From the IMG/VR virus record IMGVR_UViG_3300044710_000077, positions 1-64,000 of that record: 64,000 bases of DNA; one strand, written 5' to 3'. Position numbers and translations under genes: made by a program. Position 1 is the stretch's first letter. Each line of letters starts with the position of its first letter. The notes under the pieces are model-generated. The model was not told the DNA's origin. It did no database searches and saw only the letters and a program-made list of their open reading frames with translations. Below are positions 54,819 through 62,806 of the stretch, piece by piece. The DNA comes from a virus.

Positions 54819-55040
54819 TTACGCCTGTGTCTCGATAATCGCAAGGACTTGGTCCTGGGCGATCATTTCGCCCAGCTTGACGTGAAGGCGGACGACGCCG
54901 GCCGCGGGCGCGGTAACGGGCCAGAGCATTTTCATGCACTCGATTTCGGCGATTGTTTCGTCGCGGGCGACCGTGGCGCCGTCGTCGACGTGCACGACCG
55001 AGACGGTGCCGGGGATGGCGGCGCGGATTTCGATGGTCAA
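54819..55040 (-). CDS. stand-alone biotin/lipoyl carrier domain protein
   Basis: IRA.IPGTV....V..G.TV.......IECMKM...VTAP.AGVV......G..I...Q.LA.IE. Confidence 0.85.
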   Translation of the reverse strand: MTIEIRAAIPGTVSVVHVDDGATVARDETIAEIECMKMLWPVTAPAAGVVRLHVKLGEMIAQDQVLAIIETQA

Positions 55041-55159
55041 GCGCCAGTCGCCACGCCGATTTTTCGGCCGTTGGCGTCGGTGATGTAGGTGTGGAATCCG
55101 TTCGTCCCGTTGCCCACGTCAACGGTCTGGTATGGGCCTGGGGCGGCTTTTCCTGTCAT
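55037..55159 (-). CDS. 40-aa ORF (MTGKAAPGPY...), possibly truncated
   Basis: GGAG SD; its stop overlaps the biotinyl-domain start. Confidence 0.35.
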   Translation of the reverse strand: MTGKAAPGPYQTVDVGNGTNGFHTYITDANGRKIGVATGA

Positions 55160-55200
55160 TGTCGTTGGCTCCATCCTTGTAGCCGGTTGGCGTCTTGCGA

Positions 55201-55602
55201 TCAAGCCTTAAAGCGTACAGGTCCGCATTTTTTGCCCCGCAGCGCCTGATAACCCCGAATTTCCTTGAAAACGAAAGCCAATGCGCCGGCGAATCGCTGG
55301 TCGACCATGCCGACATTGCCAGGAAGTGGCGCGTCAGGAAAATCCGGCGCCGCATGGTGCCGATAATCGTACCCGATGGCCGGCAATAGCCGGTTATCCT
55401 CGCGGATTTGAATTAGGCGCCCTTGCTGTTCGGCGTGATTGCGCGACCACGATTCCGCAACGCACCGCTTGCAGCGATTCCCGTGGCCGTCGACCTTGTT
55501 GGCCTTGTTCCGATGAAATTGCGACAGCGGCTTGGTTTTTCCGCAACCGCTGCATTTTTTGGTCGGCTCGGCCGCTATATGCGGCTTAGGGGATTCGCCC
55601 AT
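55201..55602 (-). CDS. protein with an HNH-associated Zn module but no nuclease core
   Basis: KKCSGC..KPLSQF....DG....CKRC. Confidence 0.55.
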   Translation of the reverse strand: MGESPKPHIAAEPTKKCSGCGKTKPLSQFHRNKANKVDGHGNRCKRCVAESWSRNHAEQQGRLIQIREDNRLLPAIGYDYRHHAAPDFPDAPLPGNVGMVDQRFAGALAFVFKEIRGYQALRGKKCGPVRFKA

Positions 55603-55608
55603 GGCTAT

Positions 55609-55845
55609 TCACCGAATTTCCGCCTTTCCGTCGTCGATTGAATCGCCCAGTATGTCGCGGCCCTTTTCGATGGCCAGTAATGCGCATTCCAAGCCCGCGC
55701 AGAAACCATTGGCGAAATTGTAATCGGCGACGGCCTTTTCGTGCTTGCGTCGCAGCCATTCCAACCGAACGGCGGGGATAAAATCGGCCCTGGTCGTGTC
55801 GACTACGACCGCTGGTCTTTTAGACGAGGTCGCCGGTTTCTTCAC
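55609..55845 (-). CDS. hypothetical protein
   Basis: Co-oriented small ORF overlapping the upstream stop. Confidence 0.5.
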   Translation of the reverse strand: MKKPATSSKRPAVVVDTTRADFIPAVRLEWLRRKHEKAVADYNFANGFCAGLECALLAIEKGRDILGDSIDDGKAEIR

Positions 55846-56200
55846 GCCAATTCACCGTTAAATTCGCCCCAGCGTCCAAACTTGCCACCTCAACGATTAG
55901 CCCGTCAAGGGCGCCTGCGGAGAGCCAGAACGATCCCGTGAAGCAACTTGGCTGCTCGAACAGCGGCCGTTCCTGGCCGTCTGACACCCGAATGCGCCCC
56001 CAAGCCCCGGACGACACGATCTGCACGCTGTATAGCTCGCAGTCACGGCGCGACAGGCGCCAGCGGCCCACGCGGTCGACTTTCAGCGACCGCATGTTCG
56101 ACCCCGGCGCGCACGGGGCGTAGAGGTCGATTGGCGCTGTGGTCACGATGTTGCGCACATGACGATAGCAAACGCGACTGCGAAAGCGATTACCATCCAA
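55820..56200 (-). CDS. beta-rich hypothetical protein, paralogue of 56204..56731
   Basis: Shared IDL..P, RPL(F/Y), GS(F/W).L.AG...GL.(I/V) and terminal W. Confidence 0.65.
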   Translation of the reverse strand: MDGNRFRSRVCYRHVRNIVTTAPIDLYAPCAPGSNMRSLKVDRVGRWRLSRRDCELYSVQIVSSGAWGRIRVSDGQERPLFEQPSCFTGSFWLSAGALDGLIVEVASLDAGANLTVNWREETGDLV

Positions 56201-56203
56201 ATA

Positions 56204-56731
56204 TCAGGCACCACCGCCCTCCGTCTTTTGTCGCTTGGCGATATCGTCCAGGACGCGCTGCGGCACCGGCATCCACACGATTGAAGCTATCGCGCAGGCC
56301 GAGTCGTGGCCGCCCGCCGCGCGAATCGTCAGCCCGTGCAGAAAGCCCGCGTCCAGCATCCACGAACCCATGACCACGGGGCTGGCGCTGTATAGGGGTC
56401 TGCCGCGGCGCTGGGCGTATGCCTTGCAGGCGTTTTCATAGCCGCCCGTCCAAGGGCCGCCTTGAGGACCACCCGAGCGCAGATATTCGGTCGGGTCCGG
56501 CATATCCTGGTCGCCGAAGAACCCCCGCTCGTCCGGCACGCCGTCGATAGCCTCCAAGGCGCCGGACCCCGCGTGCGTGCACGCAATCGTCCGCAGCACG
56601 CCAGGGCCGCGCTGTAGGACGAAAATGCCCTTTTCGCGAAGGAGCCAGCAGATTCCACCGATTGGCGGCGTCGGCAGGTCGATATAGGTCACGGCGCCGG
56701 CAACGCGGACGGCGGCAACGGGGGCGTTCAT
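56204..56731 (-). CDS. beta-rich hypothetical protein
   Basis: AGGTG SD; paralogous to the downstream gene. Confidence 0.65.
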   Translation of the reverse strand: MNAPVAAVRVAGAVTYIDLPTPPIGGICWLLREKGIFVLQRGPGVLRTIACTHAGSGALEAIDGVPDERGFFGDQDMPDPTEYLRSGGPQGGPWTGGYENACKAYAQRRGRPLYSASPVVMGSWMLDAGFLHGLTIRAAGGHDSACAIASIVWMPVPQRVLDDIAKRQKTEGGGA

Positions 56732-56745
56732 GCGTTCACCTTCGC

Positions 56746-57099
56746 CTATTTCGGTGGCCAATAGCCGCATAAGGCCATTTTGATATACTCGACAATTCGG
56801 TCGCGATATTCCGCGTCCGGCTCGATCCGGCGCGGTGCCTTGTAAATTGCGCCGAGCTTATCCAGGTTTTCGCCGATTGCTACGAACGCCGCCGCCATAT
56901 CTTCGACCGGGTGCGGTTTTGCGTCGGCCTGCGACTGTTCTTGCCACGGGATCGGAAGCCAGATGCTGCCGGCAATGCCTACCCACTGCTGTTGCAACGC
57001 GTGATCGCGATATTCCAGGCGTGGCGTCGGACGGGCATCGGGCCCAATCATGCCGACGGCCGATTGCCGCAAATCCTCGTAGGTCAATTTAATCGTCAT
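56746..57099 (-). CDS. hypothetical protein
   Basis: LQQQW motif; C-terminal LD.LG....R..EPDAEYRDRI. Confidence 0.6.
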   Translation of the reverse strand: MTIKLTYEDLRQSAVGMIGPDARPTPRLEYRDHALQQQWVGIAGSIWLPIPWQEQSQADAKPHPVEDMAAAFVAIGENLDKLGAIYKAPRRIEPDAEYRDRIVEYIKMALCGYWPPK

Positions 57100-57103
57100 G
57101 CGT

Positions 57104-57328
57104 TCACCCTGGCGCGGCAAAGAGAGGCCCTTTGCCATTGTCGCGGCGCCCGGTTTTCACCCAGTGGCCGCTTTTACGCAATGTGAATTTTTCGGCGGTT
57201 TTGGTCAAATAGGCAACCGTCCCGCTGCGCACGCGGCCAACGATGCACTGACGAAATCGCCATGTCGTGCAGCCGCGAACCATAACGCGGATGCTGACCG
57301 CTACCGTATCGCCCGCGACAAGTGGCAT
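57104..57328 (-). CDS. hypothetical protein
   Basis: Abuts the portal stop. Confidence 0.45.
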   Translation of the reverse strand: MPLVAGDTVAVSIRVMVRGCTTWRFRQCIVGRVRSGTVAYLTKTAEKFTLRKSGHWVKTGRRDNGKGPLFAAPG

Positions 57329-59077
57329 TTAGGCATTCACCCTAACCGGCGCCCCGACGTGCATGGGCGCCGCGTGGCCGGCAGCACCGCCGGGCTGGTT
57401 GGCGGGCGCATTGTCGCCAACGATATCGGGCTCGTCAATGGAGAGCGGCGCGGGAACCGGAGGCGTCGGCTCGTCCGGCGACGTCGGGCTGTCGTCGACG
57501 CGTTCCGCCTGTTCGGCGCTTTCGGTTTCCAGCATGGCAAGGTCCAGGTTCAGCGAAATATAGGCGCGCGCTTGGTCCATGGTTATCAGTTGCTCGTCCT
57601 CTGTCGGCTGCGTCGGCGGCACTTCCGGTGTGCCGGGCGTGGCGGGGCTGTTTTCGCCCGCCGGCTTGCCGGGTTTTGCAGGCTGACCCGGCGCGGTCTT
57701 TTTCAGCGGGTCCAGCATAAGCTGGAACGCCTGCGCCAGCGCCAGAACCTCGTCCGGCGTCGGCTGCGCCAGCCGCGGCCACTGCATGGTCAGCGCGCCG
57801 GCGTCCTTGTCCGATAGCGTCTTGGTGGCGGCTGCCAGCTTGCGCAGCAGCGGCAGCGCGCCGTCGTCGCCATACTGGCCGCGCAGGTCCATAATCAGGT
57901 CGTCGCTGTCCTGGTCCAGATATTCCATGGCGCGCCCAGACAGCGGCGCCTTCATCTTGTCGGGGTCCTTGCGGCTGGCCGATATTTGCTCAAGGGCGAA
58001 ATTGCGCAAGCGGTCGATATATTCCAGGGCCGCTTTGCTGCCCTGCCCGTTCATTTCCAATAGTTTGGCATCGCCCGGGCTATAGGTTTGCTCGTCCTCC
58101 TTGTAGCCCCCGCGCATAGCCAAGTGTGTGACCGGGCTGCGGGTAAAGCCGTCTGCGTTCAGCACTTGGCCAATCGTGACCAATTGCGGCGCCGAATTAT
58201 ACCGGATGCCGCGCCCGGTCTGCGACAGCGTGTAATCCAGTTCGATACTGTTGGGGATAGCGTCGGCGAACGTGCACGCGCCGTCCGGCGCACAGCCGCC
58301 GGACAGGTTGACGAACCAATGGCCGGGGACAAACCCGAATCCGTGGTCGTGGGACATTTCGGGCCACGCGGTTAATTCTTTCGGCCCCTTGCCGTCGACG
58401 TTCGTAAAGCCGTCGACCGGATTCCAGTCGTCCTTTTTCACCGGCTTGTAGGTGATTTCCTTGTCGGGCAAATAATCGCGGATAAACCAATATATCGCCG
58501 ACGCCTCAACGTCGGACGCGCTGGCGCCGAGCGCGATGAAATCCGCCCCCGTGCACGTGTAATTAATCCGCAACTGGGCTAGATCGCCGAACTGATCAAA
58601 TGACGGCTTGCAATATTGCGCCCGCCATATCTGGAACGCGGCCTGCTGGTTTTCCCCGGCCTTGCGCACGCGGAACGTGACCGCCACAGACCCCACCGAC
58701 CCGTTCAGCACCGCGTTAGACATGGTCTGCACGAAACGCGCCTGGCGCAGCACCTTGGCCAGCGGGGCCAGCACCGTCGACGTGGCTGCCTCGTCCAGTT
58801 TTAATTTCGGCCTATGCCGGCCGGCGAACAGCTTGCGCGCCGACCAGCGCGCGACCATCCGGGGCAGGCGGAACTGCGCTGACGGCCGGCGCTCGGCCAG
58901 CGGAATAATCCGCGCGTTCGGGCCGCCGTTGGGGTCGGTTTCGTCGTAGAACGCATATTTCAGGTGGTCGTAGAATGTGCCGTCTAGCAGGCGGCAGCAC
59001 AGGTCCAGATTGACATAACGCGGGTCTTTCTTGGCCCAGTGCGGGAACGTGACCATGTCGCCGATTTTTTTGAACAT
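57329..59077 (-). CDS. portal protein (SPP1 gp6-like)
   Basis: 582 aa between TerL and scaffold; H.FGFVP, R....PQL, GDAKLLE and SGRAM motifs. Confidence 0.85.
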   Translation of the reverse strand: MFKKIGDMVTFPHWAKKDPRYVNLDLCCRLLDGTFYDHLKYAFYDETDPNGGPNARIIPLAERRPSAQFRLPRMVARWSARKLFAGRHRPKLKLDEAATSTVLAPLAKVLRQARFVQTMSNAVLNGSVGSVAVTFRVRKAGENQQAAFQIWRAQYCKPSFDQFGDLAQLRINYTCTGADFIALGASASDVEASAIYWFIRDYLPDKEITYKPVKKDDWNPVDGFTNVDGKGPKELTAWPEMSHDHGFGFVPGHWFVNLSGGCAPDGACTFADAIPNSIELDYTLSQTGRGIRYNSAPQLVTIGQVLNADGFTRSPVTHLAMRGGYKEDEQTYSPGDAKLLEMNGQGSKAALEYIDRLRNFALEQISASRKDPDKMKAPLSGRAMEYLDQDSDDLIMDLRGQYGDDGALPLLRKLAAATKTLSDKDAGALTMQWPRLAQPTPDEVLALAQAFQLMLDPLKKTAPGQPAKPGKPAGENSPATPGTPEVPPTQPTEDEQLITMDQARAYISLNLDLAMLETESAEQAERVDDSPTSPDEPTPPVPAPLSIDEPDIVGDNAPANQPGGAAGHAAPMHVGAPVRVNA

Positions 59078-59083
59078 GGCCCG

Positions 59084-59728
59084 CTATTCCCCGCGCTGGC
59101 GCGCCTGCTGGCGCGCGGTTTCGGCTGCTGCGTTGGCCAGCATTTCCTGCAAGGCCCGCTTGCCCGACGACCCGGGGACGTAGTCCTGCGGTCCTAGGCC
59201 GGCGAATCGGTCTGGGGCTTCAATAGCACGTTCGGCTTGGCGCGCGCGGGCGGCTACCGACGGCTCGGCAATCTGTCGCGTCAGAACCGGGCGCGCTGGG
59301 GTAGCCGCAACCGCCTGTGGGCGTTTAGGCATCGGCGGCCGGATAGGTGCCGACGGTCGCATAGCCGCTTCCAGGGCCGCCACAATGCGGGCAAACGCGT
59401 CGTCGTCAAACCACCGCGCCCAATGGGCGAATTTTATTCCCCGGTATGTATTCTCGTAAGGCTTAAAAACCTGATTCAGCGACGTGGTGAACCATGTCCA
59501 TTGTCGACTTTCCGGCGCTTTGACACCGACTAAGCGCCCCAGCAACGCACGGCTTTCCTTTTCGCCCACTATCGGTGGCCAGAATTTTGCCAACGCATGG
59601 GCTGCATAATGGCGAGCGCGCAAGCCGTGAACGCCGTCCATAACCTCGATAGGGTCCTCGCCGGTTTCCCGGCACGCCGCCACGATTGCCGTGGCTACCT
59701 GGTCAGCGGTGGGGAATCGGTCGGCCAT
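59084..59728 (-). CDS. hypothetical protein with a possible DnaA domain IV-like N-terminus
   Basis: I..AC..TG.....V.......RARH.A pattern. Confidence 0.5.
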   Translation of the reverse strand: MADRFPTADQVATAIVAACRETGEDPIEVMDGVHGLRARHYAAHALAKFWPPIVGEKESRALLGRLVGVKAPESRQWTWFTTSLNQVFKPYENTYRGIKFAHWARWFDDDAFARIVAALEAAMRPSAPIRPPMPKRPQAVAATPARPVLTRQIAEPSVAARARQAERAIEAPDRFAGLGPQDYVPGSSGKRALQEMLANAAAETARQQARQRGE

Positions 59729-59760
59729 GGCGGTCAAAATACATGCGGCAGGGGAAATTG

Positions 59761-60027
59761 TCAGCCGCCGATGAAAACATTGCGCGCGCACCTAGCGGCC
59801 GACCACATGGTTGAACAGACCTGCATATCCGGGCGCTTTTCGCAGGCGCAGCCGGTAGCCCGATAGACGCTTTTGCAAATCGCGAAGGCCGCGCGTTTAA
59901 GCACAGGATCGGCCAACTGCGCGGCGAATTGTTCTTCATGCTCGGCTTGGCGTTCGACCTTGCGGTCGGCGGCGCGCAAGCGGCGCGCGTCCTTGCGTCT
60001 TTCAGCCGCCGTCGTCATCTTCGGCAT
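59761..60027 (-). CDS. hypothetical protein
   Basis: Basic, with a Cys cluster. Confidence 0.5.
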   Translation of the reverse strand: MPKMTTAAERRKDARRLRAADRKVERQAEHEEQFAAQLADPVLKRAAFAICKSVYRATGCACEKRPDMQVCSTMWSAARCARNVFIGG

Positions 60028-60196
60028 CGTGCCAGAGTTTGGCCGCGAAAAGGCCAAGGGCAAATCCGGTCAGCAGGTCGGGCACGCCGGCGTAGTACAG
60101 GACAATCCAGCCGCCGAGGCACGTGGCGCCGATGCCAAGCACGAGCTTGGTGCGCGGGCTGTCGGGCGGCACGGTTATCCGGGTCCAGTAGCCCAT
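60002..60196 (-). CDS. small membrane protein
   Basis: Two TM segments. Confidence 0.55.
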   Translation of the reverse strand: MGYWTRITVPPDSPRTKLVLGIGATCLGGWIVLYYAGVPDLLTGFALGLFAAKLWHDAEDDDGG

Positions 60197-60478
60197 TTAG
60201 ATGTGCCGCCCATTTACGGCGTAAGGCGCGCCACGGCCCGGGAACGGTGCCGTGGTCTTTCCCTTGTGTTCGCCGACCAGGATAGTGACCACGCGGTAAT
60301 TGCTGGCGTAAACCTCAGACCGGATCATGCCCTTGGCCCACATGCGTTGCATGGCGCCGGATTCAATCGGCCCGTTCGGGTGCGACATGGGGCAGCGTTC
60401 GCCGGCCATAGCTGCGGCAGTCAATAGGTGGAAATTTCGGTTAAGCCGCTCGGCCGTCCATTCCGGGAAATTCGTCAT
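60197..60478 (-). CDS. hypothetical protein
   Basis: ATAA overlap with the upstream gene; winged-helix-like end. Confidence 0.55.
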   Translation of the reverse strand: MTNFPEWTAERLNRNFHLLTAAAMAGERCPMSHPNGPIESGAMQRMWAKGMIRSEVYASNYRVVTILVGEHKGKTTAPFPGRGAPYAVNGRHI

Positions 60479-61056
60479 AACCTGCCCGTCCATTTCCCGC
60501 GGATTTGCATGTCGAACCGGATAGCGGCGTCCAGGGCAACGTCGATGAGGGTTTCGGGCGCCAGTTCGTCGTCGCCTGACCGGAATAGATCAAGATAGGC
60601 GCGCTTGTAGGCATAAGCCGCAGCCAACGCCAAGGGCATAGCGCCACCGCGGGCGAATAATTCGCCGGCTGGCTTTTCCGTGTAGGACGTCGTGCCGTCA
60701 ACGTCCCAAATGCGTCCAGCCGTGGCTAGGATGCCGCTGGACTGCCAGTTCGGGCAGGCGTTGCCGCTATACACAGGCTGGAATTTATATTCCTCGAATA
60801 GATTGCGCAGTTCTTCGGTAAAAGCCGCTGGCGGACAAACGGCCGCCGACAGTCCGTCGAAAAGGCGAGGCGAGTTTTCAGCGATCATTGTTGCCGCCAA
60901 GTCATCGCCGACCATGCCGAACGCCCAGCCGTTGAAAATGGTCCACTTACTGCCGACGTCGGACGGGTAAAGGCTGTTGCCCATATTTGAGATGCCGGTC
61001 GTGTCGCTGCCCAGCCAGGTCGATTTGCCGTCGGTGTACGCGCAGATGATCGTCAT
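60475..61056 (-). CDS. HslV/proteasome-beta-like Ntn hydrolase
   Basis: M-T-I-I, SD at ~17, K at ~36, G..G, then FARGGA...AL.A (GSG-equivalent position). Confidence 0.72.
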   Translation of the reverse strand: MTIICAYTDGKSTWLGSDTTGISNMGNSLYPSDVGSKWTIFNGWAFGMVGDDLAATMIAENSPRLFDGLSAAVCPPAAFTEELRNLFEEYKFQPVYSGNACPNWQSSGILATAGRIWDVDGTTSYTEKPAGELFARGGAMPLALAAAYAYKRAYLDLFRSGDDELAPETLIDVALDAAIRFDMQIRGKWTGRL

Positions 61057-61241
61057 TCGCTCCACTCCTCTAGCTCGATCTGAGACAATAAATCGTCAAT
61101 TGCCTCTCGTTCGGTCGCGCCATGGCCGATGGCATGCCCCGGCTCATAATTGTCAAGCCACGCCTCCCAATCGAAGCTGCGCGGCGGGATAGGCTTTTTC
61201 CAGAACGTCGTTTTGATATCCAAGGTGAGGACGGCCATCAC
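61053..61241 (-). CDS. hypothetical protein
   Basis: PIP.R.FDW.A...Y......G.G.TE.EAI.DL phage motif. Confidence 0.7.
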   Translation of the reverse strand: MMAVLTLDIKTTFWKKPIPPRSFDWEAWLDNYEPGHAIGHGATEREAIDDLLSQIELEEWSE

Positions 61242-61456
61242 GCTTCCTCGATTCGGTTGACGTCGATCACGTCCTGCCGCCCGTCGGGATATCGGACCAG
61301 ATACGTGTTCCCGAACTGCGGCGTGGCCATGATAACCACAGCCGGCACGGTTTGCCTATCGCTGGGCTTGGAGTACCAGCCGACGACGCGGCGGACCTCC
61401 ACCGGCTGGTCCTTGGTGAAAACCTTGGGCTTGGGGATTTGATGGCCGCCGGGCAT
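61238..61456 (-). CDS. small SH3-like hypothetical protein
   Basis: Beta-rich; YLVRY.DG. Confidence 0.55.
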   Translation of the reverse strand: MPGGHQIPKPKVFTKDQPVEVRRVVGWYSKPSDRQTVPAVVIMATPQFGNTYLVRYPDGRQDVIDVNRIEEA

Positions 61457-61466
61457 TTTCTACTGA

Positions 61467-61688
61467 TTAACCGCCGGCCGGTGGGCCGACATGCGAAACG
61501 AGTACCGCGCGATCATAGTTGTCGTCGGTGAGTTGGCTGACAAAGTAGTAGCCTTTGCCTTCGCAGACTGCACAAGCGTACTCGCACTGATCACAGCCGC
61601 TTTCAGCATCCTCGCAGCAACCGTCGATGCAATCGAAGTGCACACCCTCGCCGCCGCAGTCGTAACATTCGACAGACCATAGGGGCAT
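61467..61688 (-). CDS. DnaJ-type CxxCxGxG zinc-finger protein
   Basis: CYDCGGEG and CAVCEGKG. Confidence 0.6.
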   Translation of the reverse strand: MPLWSVECYDCGGEGVHFDCIDGCCEDAESGCDQCEYACAVCEGKGYYFVSQLTDDNYDRAVLVSHVGPPAGG

Positions 61689-61724
61689 TTCGATCTCCCT
61701 GCTTTGGACGGGTCAGCGCCCGGA

Positions 61725-62009
61725 TTAGTTCGTCTTGTCGCGCGCGCCGCGCATTTGCCGCAGCACGAATTCCGATATTCCCGCCTCGCTGGTCGCCTTG
61801 ATCGTGGCCCAGGTCATTTCGATTTTCAGGAATTTATCGTCCATGGCAACGCCGAACGTGACGCTTGGCGTCGTGCGGGCTTCGGCCAGCTTGCCGCCGA
61901 GCGGACTTTCGCCGACGGGGTTTTCGCCGCGTTCGGCCGCTTTCAATGCCTTGGCCACGATATCGGCCTGGGCTTTCAGCACGCGCAGTGGGGATTGCGA
62001 CGTGGTCAT
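61725..62009 (-). CDS. hypothetical protein
   Basis: ATGA coupling; GGGGA SD. Confidence 0.6.
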   Translation of the reverse strand: MTTSQSPLRVLKAQADIVAKALKAAERGENPVGESPLGGKLAEARTTPSVTFGVAMDDKFLKIEMTWATIKATSEAGISEFVLRQMRGARDKTN

Positions 62010-62176
62010 GCTGTCCCCGGGACGCGCCGTTCGTAAGCGTGCTTGCACTGGACGCTGCAAAACGGCAGCCAGACCCCGGCGACGCGGAAATGCCCCAGCG
62101 GGTGGCCCAGCCGCGGCGGCTTATCGCACTGTGTGCAACGCTCGCCTTCGACCGGCGCCGCGGCTTCCCTGGTCAT
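62006..62176 (-). CDS. small Cys protein (C..C / FCS..C)
   Basis: Coupled to both neighbours. Confidence 0.45.
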   Translation of the reverse strand: MTREAAAPVEGERCTQCDKPPRLGHPLGHFRVAGVWLPFCSVQCKHAYERRVPGTA

Positions 62177-62574
62177 GTCCCCACCTTGCTGCCGTCGGCC
62201 CAGGTGAATTCGCCGTCGGCGCCGACCGGGAAATGCTTGCCGCACCCGACGCAAAACGTGCCGCTGTAGAATGCCGGGTCGCGGGCATAGGTTTCGGCCA
62301 GCGACTGGCCCATGGTCGTGGCCACCCCGCATTTGCCGTGCACATAGGTCCGACGCACCGGGCGGACAAAGCCGCGGGCGCGTTCGGCGTCCGACAGCAC
62401 CACATAGCCTTTCTGCTGGCCGTTGGGCTTTAGTTCGCGGTGGCTGCCGTCAGCGGGCACCGCTTCGCCGTCGGTCAGCGTCTGCTGGGTGCGGTCGACC
62501 GGCGGAGGCGGGGTTGGCGTCGGCGTGGCGCCGACCGCGTGCATGATGCCGTCGATGATTGATTTAATCGACAT
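62173..62574 (-). CDS. conserved phage Zn-binding hypothetical protein
   Basis: Y.VLS..ER..GFVRPVR..Y.H..CG..T.M...AETYAR.P.FY..TFC..C. Confidence 0.8.
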   Translation of the reverse strand: MSIKSIIDGIMHAVGATPTPTPPPPVDRTQQTLTDGEAVPADGSHRELKPNGQQKGYVVLSDAERARGFVRPVRRTYVHGKCGVATTMGQSLAETYARDPAFYSGTFCVGCGKHFPVGADGEFTWADGSKVGT

Positions 62575-62803
62575 GGCGGTCCTCCCAAAACCACAGGGCC
62601 GTGCGCTGGCGCGCCAGCATGTCGCGGATTAGCTGGCTCAGTGCATTGTCCTGGGCGATTGCGTGCCGCTCCATTTCGTCACGCGTCATCGGGTCGGGCC
62701 CGAATCGTATCGGACCCAGTCGGCGACTGCGCGGCTGCGATTCGGGAAATTCCGGCGACGCGCCAAATCGTTCGGGAAATTCCGGCGACAGCATTGCGCG
62801 CAT
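62564..62803 (-). CDS. hypothetical protein with an SPEFPE repeat
   Basis: Follows the TerL stop; direct repeat TCGGGAAATTCCGGCGAC. Confidence 0.45.
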   Translation of the reverse strand: MRAMLSPEFPERFGASPEFPESQPRSRRLGPIRFGPDPMTRDEMERHAIAQDNALSQLIRDMLARQRTALWFWEDRHVD

Positions 62804-62806
62804 GGG

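Noticed and set aside
62742-62789. 18-bp direct repeat TCGGGAAATTCCGGCGAC at 30-bp spacing
   Set aside because: Two in-frame copies (SPEFPE) within a small ORF; too few for an array
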